DNA of 32,000 bases from Erysipelotrichaceae bacterium MTC7. Its GTDB lineage: Bacteria; Bacillota_I; Bacilli_A; Erysipelotrichales; Erysipelotrichaceae. Shown here piece after piece: positions 10,205-18,538 of the stretch; the stretch's first letter is position 1, and each line of letters starts with the position of its first letter. A program made the position numbers and the translations under genes. The stretch lies in contig LVZN01000001.1 in assembly GCA_001695645.1 (NCBI GenBank), forward strand, positions 30,001 to 62,000, in the 5' to 3' direction. The notes beneath the pieces were generated by a model. The model worked only from the letters and a program-made list of their open reading frames with translations, was not told where the DNA came from and searched no databases.

Positions 10205-11938
10205 CTATTTAAGTTTCGCGTCTTTTAATGCTGAAGTCCAAGGGTAGAACGTATTTGTTTTCATTCCTTCAACTTTTTCTTTGTTGTACATATCGAAGTA
10301 TGTATTTCCGTAAACAGGAACTTTTACACATAACTCTCCAAGTTTAACAGCGATTTTTTTGTACACTTCTTTTTGTGCATCTTCGTCTAATGTACGAAGA
10401 GCTTCATCTAGTAATGTATCCAATTCTGGGTCGCTGATTCTTGATAAGTTATCTCCACCATTTTTAGCTTCAGTTGAGTGGAAAGATGTGAAGATATCAA
10501 CTTCTGTAGCAGTCCATGATGTTGCCAAGAAGAAAATGTTCCATTCGTTTAATGCATCATCACTGTATACTTTGTCTAATAATGTATTGAAGTCAACAGT
10601 AGCGATTTTTACATCAGCTCCCATTTCTTTCCAGTTCTTTTGCCACATAGGAATAATGTTAGATAAGATATCGTGATCTTTGATTGTTAACGCTTTAATT
10701 TCTAAACGTTGTCCATCTTTTACACGGATTCCATCAGTTCCACGAACCCATCCAGCTGCATCTAATGTTGCGTTTGCTTTGTCTAAGTCGTAGTCAAATG
10801 AATCTAATCCAGCGATTTCTTCTTCACCGCGAACGATGTCTCCCATCATTGAACCTGGGTTTGCGTACATTTGTGGTACGTAAGCTCCAACTCCATCAAT
10901 TCCTTTACATTCTTTACATTCGTAGTAAGAATCAACGAATGCTTGACGGTCGAATGCGTACATCATAGCTTTACGAACGGCAGCGTCCATTGTTGAACCA
11001 GCTGCTGTATTCATTTCTACATATCCCATACCAGCACGTGGGTATGAAGAGAATTCAATGTAATCTGTTGCTGAAGCAGGTCCAACTTTTTTAGGTTCGA
11101 TCATTCCAGCAAGGTAGTCTACTGACTTGTTTTTTAATTCTGTCCAGTCCGTTGTCATTTCAACTGGTTTAATAATTACTTTAGCGATTTCGAAACCTTC
11201 ACCCCAGTAACCTTCGTTCTTTTCAAATACAGCACCTGTAGCTGCATCCCAAGATTTCATAGTGTATGGTCCAGTTCCGTTTGGTTCACCCATAGCATCT
11301 TTTACTGCTTTTACATCACCGAAAGCGTAGTCAGCAAAGTCTTCTTTGTTAACGATTGCTTGTGTTGCAACAGTAATTAAGTTATCAGAACGTTCTTCAG
11401 TAAATGTAAATTGAATTTCTGTATCAGAAACAACTTTAATTCCTGTAAAGTCTTCTAATTTTCCAGATCCACCTTCGTATTTCTTAGTATCTGGGTTCAT
11501 TACTCCACGGTAAGCGTCAAGTCCTTCTAAGTAAAGAACTTTTGATGAGTAACGTCCATCGTAAGATGGGTCAGCTAATACTTGGAATGTAAATGCAACA
11601 TCATCTGCTGTTAATTTATCCCCATTAGCAAATTTAATATCTTTTTGTAACTTGAATGTAACTGTTTTACCATCTTCACTAACTGTTGGTTCTTCAGCTG
11701 CCAATTCAGGTACTAATACGTCATCTTTGTCGTAGTCCATTAGTTTGTCATAAACTAAATCTACAACGTATCCGTCATAACTACTTGCGTAGTATAGTGG
11801 AGAGAATGTCCCTGTTAATTTCTCAGCTCCCATTACAAATGTGTCTGAGCTTGCTCCTCCATCCGATGAACCTCCACCACACGCTACTAGCGTGATCATC
11901 ATCGCGAAACAAGATAATAATGTTAATACTTTTTTCAC
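10205..11938 (-). CDS. oppA: Oligopeptide-binding lipoprotein OppA (family 5 solute-binding protein)
   Basis: Lipoprotein signal with the lipobox LVAC|GGGS, and an approximately 575-aa SBP_bac_5-like body. The start is ambiguous. GTG at 11938 lies about 10 nt from GGAGG and is preferred. TTG at 11947, the ORF-track start, is only 1 nt from the SD. Confidence 0.9.
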   Translation of the reverse strand: MKKVLTLLSCFAMMITLVACGGGSSDGGASSDTFVMGAEKLTGTFSPLYYASSYDGYVVDLVYDKLMDYDKDDVLVPELAAEEPTVSEDGKTVTFKLQKDIKFANGDKLTADDVAFTFQVLADPSYDGRYSSKVLYLEGLDAYRGVMNPDTKKYEGGSGKLEDFTGIKVVSDTEIQFTFTEERSDNLITVATQAIVNKEDFADYAFGDVKAVKDAMGEPNGTGPYTMKSWDAATGAVFEKNEGYWGEGFEIAKVIIKPVEMTTDWTELKNKSVDYLAGMIEPKKVGPASATDYIEFSSYPRAGMGYVEMNTAAGSTMDAAVRKAMMYAFDRQAFVDSYYECKECKGIDGVGAYVPQMYANPGSMMGDIVRGEEEIAGLDSFDYDLDKANATLDAAGWVRGTDGIRVKDGQRLEIKALTIKDHDILSNIIPMWQKNWKEMGADVKIATVDFNTLLDKVYSDDALNEWNIFFLATSWTATEVDIFTSFHSTEAKNGGDNLSRISDPELDTLLDEALRTLDEDAQKEVYKKIAVKLGELCVKVPVYGNTYFDMYNKEKVEGMKTNTFYPWTSALKDAKLK

Positions 11939-12073
11939 TTTGTTCAAGCCTCCTCTTTATATAATTCCTTGAATGATATTATTTTACAACGTTTTTGAAA
12001 CTTATACAATAGAATTACGCAATATCTTACAAAAATTTACATCGGCTAATGAAAAAGTTTTCAATAGTTGCAA

Positions 12074-12102
12074 ATTATAACATTAACTAAATAATTATGA
12101 TA
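12074..12102 (-). promoter_or_regulatory. Candidate promoter for the opp operon in the oppA/M32 divergent intergenic region
   Basis: Minus strand: extended -10 TGtTATAAT (12074-12082) with a weak -35 TATCAT at 17 nt. This would give a leader of about 130 nt. No convincing plus-strand promoter for the M32 gene could be fixed by eye. Confidence 0.3.
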
Positions 12103-12126
12103 AAGTTACATTAGAGGTGATAACAT

Positions 12127-13620
12127 ATGAAATTAGAGATATTAAGAAACAACTACGAGGAGTATAAAAATAAGGTAGCCGCCTATACGCTTGCCTTGAA
12201 TTCAAACTCCTTTGGCATTGCAACCATTGCCCCAGAAGCTGGAAAGCCATTCATTGGAGAAATGAATTCCATTCTTGCGGGTGAACTATTTAGTTATAGC
12301 GTTGCTCCAGAAAACATTAAAATGATTGAACAACTTCGCGACAAAAGCGATGATGACATGGAAAGAAAAGAGTGTGAATTGCGTTTGCGTGAATTGTATA
12401 ACACGGCAAAAGTACCAAAAGAAGTCTATGTGGACTATCAATTGGAACTTGCAAAAAGCCAACGCATTTGGGAAGAAGCAAAGGAAAGTGATAACTGGCC
12501 TTTATTTAAGGATGAACTCGTTAGCGTCATCAACAAGACCAAACACTTACTTACCTATTATGATATAGAAGGAAGTTCCTATGATTTTCTACTTGATCAA
12601 TACCAAATGGGTATGAACACTAAAAAATACGATGCATTCTTTGAAACGATTAAAAGTGAACTTGTTCCTTTTATTAAGAAGGTTGTAGCAGCTAAACAAA
12701 TTGATGATCGCCCATTGTTTACAAACTTCCCCGCAAAACAACAAGCACAGTTTACAGAAATCTTAAAGGAAGCATTAGCGATGGATGTACAAAAAGTATA
12801 CATTACAGAAAGCGTTCATCCATTTACAAGTTTCTTTTCAAGTAACGATGCACGTTTTACCACACGTTACCACGAATCTTCACTGATGAGTGCCATACTT
12901 TCAACCATCCATGAATACGGACATGCCCTTTATGTACTACAAGTAAATCCAGCATTTGAAAAAACTTCATTCTTTAGTGAAATCGGATACGCTATGCACG
13001 AAAGTCAATCACGCCTATTGGAAAATCACGTAGGACGCGATCGCGGTTTCTGGCAACTCCATTATCCAACCCTCCGTACCTTGTTCCACGAGCAACTACG
13101 TGATGTGGAATTACCAGAATTTTTAAGAATGATCAATAAAAGTGAACCTAGTCTTATTCGAATTGAAGCCGATGAGTTAACTTACCCTTTGCATATTCTC
13201 ATTCGTTATGAACTAGAGAAAATGATTTTCGATGAAAACGTTTCATTAGACAATCTAGATCAACTTTGGGCAGATAAATATGAAGAGTACTTAGGTGTAC
13301 GACCATCAACTGCTGGTGAAGGAATCTTACAAGACATGCACTGGTCTGCAGCTAACTTTGGTTACTTTCCAACGTATGCATTAGGTAGTGCTTATGCGGC
13401 ACAGTTCTTCCAACAAATGGAAAAAGACTTTGACGTACAAGAAACGATCGCTCAAGGCAACTTCGTGAAAGTCCAAGATTGGTTACGCGAAAACATTCAC
13501 CAATTCGGTGCAAGTAAAACTGGAGATGAGTTAATTAAAGATGTGACAGGTGAAGCTTTTGATCCACGCTACTACACAAACTACCTCATCAAGAAATTTA
13601 GCAACATCTATCAATTATAA
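12127..13620 (+). CDS. M32 family metallocarboxypeptidase (carboxypeptidase Taq-like)
   Basis: All M32 signature blocks are visible: HPFT (SVHPFTSFF), DARFTTRY, HEYGHALY (HExxH), HESQSRLLEN, IRIEADELTYPLHI and GILQDMHWS. The SD AGAGGTG lies upstream. Confidence 0.9.
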   Translation: MKLEILRNNYEEYKNKVAAYTLALNSNSFGIATIAPEAGKPFIGEMNSILAGELFSYSVAPENIKMIEQLRDKSDDDMERKECELRLRELYNTAKVPKEVYVDYQLELAKSQRIWEEAKESDNWPLFKDELVSVINKTKHLLTYYDIEGSSYDFLLDQYQMGMNTKKYDAFFETIKSELVPFIKKVVAAKQIDDRPLFTNFPAKQQAQFTEILKEALAMDVQKVYITESVHPFTSFFSSNDARFTTRYHESSLMSAILSTIHEYGHALYVLQVNPAFEKTSFFSEIGYAMHESQSRLLENHVGRDRGFWQLHYPTLRTLFHEQLRDVELPEFLRMINKSEPSLIRIEADELTYPLHILIRYELEKMIFDENVSLDNLDQLWADKYEEYLGVRPSTAGEGILQDMHWSAANFGYFPTYALGSAYAAQFFQQMEKDFDVQETIAQGNFVKVQDWLRENIHQFGASKTGDELIKDVTGEAFDPRYYTNYLIKKFSNIYQL

Positions 13621-13632
13621 TAGGGAGAACAT

Positions 13633-15639
13633 ATGAATAAAATTGAAGGAAACGACTTTTTAAACTTTCGTTATTTGAGTCAACTAAAAGTAAAAAACAA
13701 AAATGCATTGTATGTGGAAACAACCATGAATGCAGAAGATAATAAATACGAAAGCGACATTTATCAAATCAGTGAGATTACCATTCAAACAGAAGATAAT
13801 CGCACCTACCATACAGGAGATAGCAAACGCAAACGTTTAACAAGCTCCAAAGATGTAAGAAACTTCATCTATACAGATAAAAGCAACATCCTCTTTGCAA
13901 GTATGCGTGATCCAAAAGATCAAGCACGCGCAAAAGCTGGTGAAGCATTTACAAGTTTCTATGAACTATCAACACAAGGTGGTGAAGCAACCAAGGCATT
14001 TGAAATTCCATTTGCTGTTCAAGACATTCATTACATTGATCAAAACACCTTTGTTCTTACCGTTGATTATGACCTACGTTACTCACAGATGAGTGAACAA
14101 GGTGAAATTGAACAAGTAAATAAAGAAAAAGAAGCTAACAAGAATTGGGAAGAACTTACAAAAATCCCATTTGTTAGCAACGGTGCAAGTTACATTGGTT
14201 ATAGTGTCAACCGTATCTATATTTATAAACGTGACACAAACAAGCTCACACCAATTACAAACATTTATGAAAGTGCACATATCTTACACGTTTCCCCAAC
14301 AAAGGAAAAAGTATTATTTGCCACGAATAAGGATTTGGCAAAACCAACTTTAAAAGAGGGATTGAACCAATTGAACCTAAAAGACAATAGTGTTGAAGTC
14401 CTCATTGAAGAAGGTGCATATAGCATTGCCGCTGGATACTACCGCAGCCATGATATCCTTGTCTTAGCCAATCAAAAAACAACATATGGAATTAACGAGA
14501 ATGTAAAATTCTTTAGTTACACAAATAACACCATGAAACAAATCATGGATCCCGATCGTGCATTTGGAAATTCCGTTGGTAGTGATGTGCGCTACGGTGG
14601 TGGATATAGCAGTAAAATGTTAAACGATACGTTATACATCCTTTCTACAGATACAGCCGCATGTAATTTATACAAACTCACAACGGATAACCAATTTGAA
14701 AACGTGATGAACGTAGATGGAAGTATTGACTGCTTCGATACCGAAGACGGAAAAGATGTATATGCAATTGCACTCATCGAGCAAAACTTACAAGAAATCT
14801 ACAAAAACAAACAAGCCATTACACATATCAACACAAGTCTTGACGACAAATATGTGGCAAAGCCACAAGTCGTAAACTACAAAAATGAAGAGTATGAAAT
14901 GCAAGGTTATGTGTTATTGCCAAAAGATTACGATAGCAGTAAGCAATACCCTGCCATTCTAAACATTCACGGTGGACCAAAAACCGTATACGGAAGCGTG
15001 TACTACCACGAGATGCAAGTGTGGGCAAATGCTGGCTATATTGTTTTCTTTACCAACCCTCGTGGAAGTGATGGACGTGGAAATGAATTCATGGATATCT
15101 TCGGTAAATATGGAACCATTGATTACGATGATTTGATGCATTTCACCGATGCTGTCATCGAGGCATATCCAGCAATCGATACCAATCGCATGGGTGTTAC
15201 TGGTGGAAGTTATGGTGGATTTATGACCAACTGGATCATCACACATACCGACCGTTTTAAAGCCGCTGCTACCCAACGTTGTATTTCTAACTGGGTGAGT
15301 TTCTATGGAACAAGTGACATTGGATTCTACTTCGCTCCAGACCAAAACAAAGGTGATATTTTCACAGACGAGGGTGTCGCAAAACTTTGGGAACATTCCC
15401 CTTTGAAATATGTAAGCAACGTAAAAACACCAACCCTTATCATTCATAGTGACATGGATTATCGTTGTCCACTTGAACAAGCGGAACAATTGTTCACCGC
15501 TTTAAAAGTATTAGGTGTTGAAAGTAAAATGGTTGTTTTCCATGGTGATAATCATGATTTATCACGTTCTGGAAAAATCCAAAGCCGTTGCAAACGGTTA
15601 AGTGAAATCACAAATTGGATGCATACACACCTACAATAA
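13633..15639 (+). CDS. S9 family serine peptidase (prolyl oligopeptidase / acylaminoacyl- or dipeptidyl-peptidase type)
   Basis: The C-terminal alpha/beta hydrolase domain carries the nucleophile elbow GGSYGGFM, an Asp in IHSDMDYRCP and a His in FHGDNHDL. The approximately 400-aa N-terminal region is beta-propeller-like. The gene starts 12 nt after the M32 stop and has the SD GGGAGAA, so the two are probably co-transcribed. Confidence 0.85.
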   Translation: MNKIEGNDFLNFRYLSQLKVKNKNALYVETTMNAEDNKYESDIYQISEITIQTEDNRTYHTGDSKRKRLTSSKDVRNFIYTDKSNILFASMRDPKDQARAKAGEAFTSFYELSTQGGEATKAFEIPFAVQDIHYIDQNTFVLTVDYDLRYSQMSEQGEIEQVNKEKEANKNWEELTKIPFVSNGASYIGYSVNRIYIYKRDTNKLTPITNIYESAHILHVSPTKEKVLFATNKDLAKPTLKEGLNQLNLKDNSVEVLIEEGAYSIAAGYYRSHDILVLANQKTTYGINENVKFFSYTNNTMKQIMDPDRAFGNSVGSDVRYGGGYSSKMLNDTLYILSTDTAACNLYKLTTDNQFENVMNVDGSIDCFDTEDGKDVYAIALIEQNLQEIYKNKQAITHINTSLDDKYVAKPQVVNYKNEEYEMQGYVLLPKDYDSSKQYPAILNIHGGPKTVYGSVYYHEMQVWANAGYIVFFTNPRGSDGRGNEFMDIFGKYGTIDYDDLMHFTDAVIEAYPAIDTNRMGVTGGSYGGFMTNWIITHTDRFKAAATQRCISNWVSFYGTSDIGFYFAPDQNKGDIFTDEGVAKLWEHSPLKYVSNVKTPTLIIHSDMDYRCPLEQAEQLFTALKVLGVESKMVVFHGDNHDLSRSGKIQSRCKRLSEITNWMHTHLQ

Positions 15640-15646
15640 AAACCAA

Positions 15647-15668
15647 AGAGACCGTAAGGTCTCTTTTC
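15647..15668 (+). terminator. Rho-independent terminator after the S9 peptidase gene
   Basis: AAGAGACC-gtaa-GGTCTCTT followed by TT, starting 8 nt after the stop codon. Confidence 0.7.
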
Positions 15669-15752
15669 ATGTGTCTTACTAACTCTTTTCTTTACATCGT
15701 TTTATAATGAGTTTACAGGATATTTATAAAATGAAGGAGGAAATAAAAGAAT

Positions 15753-17156
15753 ATGAAACGTTATGAAGGTGACTGTACCACCATCTTAGTTGGTAAGAAA
15801 GCAAGTATTGATGGTTCAACGATGATTGCACGAAATGAAGATGGACATGAGGCCATTGGTCCCAAACAATTTATTGTGGTAAATCCAGAAGATCAACCAC
15901 ACCACTACAAAGCTGTCTTAAGCAACTTGGAACTTGACTTACCAGACAATCCACTTACTTATACATGTATGCCTGATGCTACAAGAGAAAGAGGTATTTG
16001 GGGAGAAGCTGGAATCAATAGCGAAAACGTCGCCATGTCGGCAACAGAAACTATTACCACCAATGCCCGCGTGCTTGCTGCGGACCCTTATGTCGAAGAT
16101 GGGTTTGGTGAAGAAGATATTTTCACCTTGGTATTGCCTTACATTCGCACTGCCAAAGAAGGTGTCTTACGAATGGCCAAGCTTTTAGAAACCTATGGAA
16201 CCTATGAACCAAATGGAATTGCTTTTAGCGATGCAGATGAAATCTGGTGGATTGAAACCATCGGTGGTCATAACTGGGCAGCCATTCGCATACCAGATGA
16301 TTCCTACGTGGTCGCAAGTAATCGTTTTGGGATTGATCAGTTTGATTTTCACAGTCCTGACTGCATGTATGCAAAGGGATTACCTAAGTTGATTGAAGAT
16401 TATCAGTTAAACCCATCACCAGACGGTCCATTAAACTTACGAAAAATCTTTGGTAGTTATTTGATGAAAGACCATCATTACAACAACCCTCGTGTTTGGT
16501 ATGTACAACGATACTTCAATCCAAAAATTGAGCAAGACCCAATGGATAGCGATCTTCCATTCGTTAGAAAAGCGGATCATTTAATCACACCGGAAGACAT
16601 CAAGTTCTTATTGAGTTCTCACTATGAGGACACACCCTATGACCCTTATGATGCGCAAAGCCCATTACGTCGTCTATTTAGACCCATTGGAATCAATCGA
16701 AACCACTGTGCGCACATCTTGCAAATCCGTAATAACCTACCTAAACAAATTGCAGGATTACATTGGGTTGGTTTTGGACCAAATAGTTTCAACAGTTTCG
16801 TTCCATTCTATACAAATATAAAAGAAACACCAACACGCTACAAAGACACGACCGGAACTTGTGATATGAACAACATGTACTGGTTAAGCTGTAACCTTGC
16901 TTTACTTGGAGATGCAAACTATGACTTATACAAAGACAGTCACACCAAATATCTACTAGATGCAACTGCAAGTTATCGCAAACGTATTCAAGACGCTGAT
17001 AAAGAGGCAATGAATATGGACGATATTCATGCATACTTAGAAACAGTAAACCGTGAGCAATCCGAAGATTCTTATGATCGAGCAAATGAACTTCTACAAG
17101 AAATGATGGAAGTCGGAACTACACACATGATTCTTCGGTATACACAAGGTGACTAA
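15753..17156 (+). CDS. C69 family dipeptidase (PepD/PepDA-like, N-terminal Cys nucleophile)
   Basis: The N-terminus MKRYEGD|CTTILVGKKASIDGSTMIARNEDG matches the C69 signature block. Length is about 467 aa. A GGAGG lies 12 nt upstream. Confidence 0.9.
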   Translation: MKRYEGDCTTILVGKKASIDGSTMIARNEDGHEAIGPKQFIVVNPEDQPHHYKAVLSNLELDLPDNPLTYTCMPDATRERGIWGEAGINSENVAMSATETITTNARVLAADPYVEDGFGEEDIFTLVLPYIRTAKEGVLRMAKLLETYGTYEPNGIAFSDADEIWWIETIGGHNWAAIRIPDDSYVVASNRFGIDQFDFHSPDCMYAKGLPKLIEDYQLNPSPDGPLNLRKIFGSYLMKDHHYNNPRVWYVQRYFNPKIEQDPMDSDLPFVRKADHLITPEDIKFLLSSHYEDTPYDPYDAQSPLRRLFRPIGINRNHCAHILQIRNNLPKQIAGLHWVGFGPNSFNSFVPFYTNIKETPTRYKDTTGTCDMNNMYWLSCNLALLGDANYDLYKDSHTKYLLDATASYRKRIQDADKEAMNMDDIHAYLETVNREQSEDSYDRANELLQEMMEVGTTHMILRYTQGD

Positions 17157-17175
17157 AACATTCTCAATAATATGC

Positions 17176-17204
17176 AAAAGCACATCGTTGTGATGTGCTT
17201 TTTT
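17176..17204. terminator. Bidirectional terminator between the convergent dipeptidase and XRE regulator genes
   Basis: AAAAGCACATC-gttgt-GATGTGCTTTT, with an A-run upstream and a T-run downstream. Confidence 0.7.
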
Positions 17205-17273
17205 AATGAATTTTATTTTATGATATTTCAGACAATTTATTCCTACATGATTTATATTTGAATATCAACCACT

Positions 17274-18308
17274 TCAGTCTACACTATTTAGTATTTTTTT
17301 ATAATCATCAATTTCTTGAAGAAATTGGAAAACGTCAATATCTTTAAAGTTTTCTATCAACATGTCTTTAACTTTTCGCAAATGATTGGCATCGATTTCT
17401 TTAAAAGACATATGTTTATATATTTTTTGTTTGCTAAATCGATCCATGTCTTCTACACTATCTAACATATCTTTCATGATTTGTATGCATTTTTCTATAT
17501 CTTGGTTTACGGTTGCAAGTTCCAATTGACAAGATGCTTCGTAATACTTCCCCATTTCAAACACTTTAGCAAGTTCAATCTGTTTATTCACATATACTTG
17601 TGCAAGATCATAATCGTTTGCATCCATTGCCAACAAGTATAAATCTTGAACATATGAATTTGTACTTTGATAAGATTGAAATAAAAGTTCCTCCAACATA
17701 CGATATGCAGTCAAACTTCCTCCCATTTTACTATACAACTGTGCTTCTTTTCGTTTGCGTTCTAGTAGATTCGTTTCAAAAAACGATAGATATCGTTTTG
17801 CCTCTTCATAATTTTTATTTTGGTATGCGTGTTGATACAACAGATTTGCAGCTTGTTGCATGACTTCTTGTTTGTTACTACATAGTAATTTTTCCAAATG
17901 CTCGAGTACATATGTCTCATAAAGTACAACATCTTCTTTCTGCAAAAGATAGGAATAAAACATTATACGAACAGATAGGATAAATATTTCACTTTTAGGG
18001 TACAATTGAAATTGTTTTTTCACCCACTCATAGACAGTCTCCAAATCCTCTTTTTCCATGATTTCTTCCAGTCTGTGAAGCAAATCATTCATCTCTATAT
18101 CACTTATATCCCCTTTGTAATCTAACAAGGTATCCGTATCAATTTCTAATAGTCTAGCGATGGGTGCTAAAAGCGTAATATCAGGCAAGCTATGTCCCTT
18201 TTCCCATTTATTGACAGCAGGTGTACTAACCCCTAACCGTTTTGCTAACTCTTCTTGCGTAAAACCTTTTTCTTTTCGATACGTCCGAATAACATTTCCA
18301 ATATTCAT
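17274..18308 (-). CDS. XRE-family HTH transcriptional regulator with a long C-terminal helical-repeat (TPR/RNPP-like) domain
   Basis: Start MNIGNVIRTYRKEKGFTQEELAKRLGVSTPAVNKWEKGHSLPDITLLAPIARLLEIDTDTLL (HTH_XRE) at ATG 18308, after the SD AAAGGTGG. The remaining ~280 aa are rich in paired-helix sequence (e.g. AANLLYQHAYQNKNYEEAKRYL, LYLLAMDANDYDLAQVYVNKQIELAKV, GKYYEASCQLELA). Confidence 0.8.
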   Translation of the reverse strand: MNIGNVIRTYRKEKGFTQEELAKRLGVSTPAVNKWEKGHSLPDITLLAPIARLLEIDTDTLLDYKGDISDIEMNDLLHRLEEIMEKEDLETVYEWVKKQFQLYPKSEIFILSVRIMFYSYLLQKEDVVLYETYVLEHLEKLLCSNKQEVMQQAANLLYQHAYQNKNYEEAKRYLSFFETNLLERKRKEAQLYSKMGGSLTAYRMLEELLFQSYQSTNSYVQDLYLLAMDANDYDLAQVYVNKQIELAKVFEMGKYYEASCQLELATVNQDIEKCIQIMKDMLDSVEDMDRFSKQKIYKHMSFKEIDANHLRKVKDMLIENFKDIDVFQFLQEIDDYKKILNSVD

Positions 18309-18330
18309 AAGTTCCACCTTTACTACTTCC

Positions 18331-18359
18331 ATCTTACACATCAATGCTTAATTGTGCAA
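18331..18359 (-). promoter_or_regulatory. Candidate own promoter of the XRE-TPR regulator
   Basis: Minus strand: TTGCAC (18354-18359), 17 nt spacer, TAAGAT (18331-18336), about 23 nt upstream of the ATG. Confidence 0.4.
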
Positions 18360-18538
18360 TTTCCCATTTGTTAATTTTATTTCAATTTCTTTAACTATCA
18401 GTTATACTTCTTTACCATATAAAAACAGCTCACCTTTTCTGACAAGCTGTCTCATGATTTCAGTATATTGAATAATCCACGATTTTACAAAATGAAATGT
18501 ACCATCGATTATTTTTATTTCCATAATATCCGCGCTTA

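Noticed and set aside
11989-12003. A CodY-box-like sequence, ACGTTTTTGAAACTT, in the oppA/M32 divergent region.
   Set aside because: It has four mismatches to AATTTTCWGAAAATT in an AT-rich intergenic region. It cannot be distinguished from background without comparative data.
14959-15489. A 176-aa minus-strand ORF. Many other 60-140-aa ORFs likewise lie antisense or out of frame inside eno, pepF, opp, pgk, tpiA, the S9 gene, the C69 gene, the permeases and the alpha-galactosidase gene.
   Set aside because: These are shadow ORFs inside well-supported genes. They have no SD sequences and low-complexity or odd composition.
17172-17261. A 29-codon, very hydrophobic and aromatic plus-strand ORF (MQKHIVVMCFFNEFYFMIFQTIYSYMIYI). 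It lies directly downstream of, and convergent with, the XRE-TPR regulator. This superficially resembles the convergent rgg/shp pheromone arrangement.
   Set aside because: It has no Shine-Dalgarno sequence. Its first 11 codons are the stem-loop of the dipeptidase terminator (17176-17204), so the transcript should end inside it. AT-rich DNA readily yields F/I/Y-rich ORFs by chance. It is worth only a quick conservation check.
18424-18450. A hairpin, ACAGCT(14-nt loop)AGCTGT, followed by TTTTTAT, considered as the terminator of the ABC-2 operon.
   Set aside because: The stem is only 6 bp with a large loop, and it lies inside the candidate 40-codon ORF. I could not decide between the two readings, so it is not listed as a feature.
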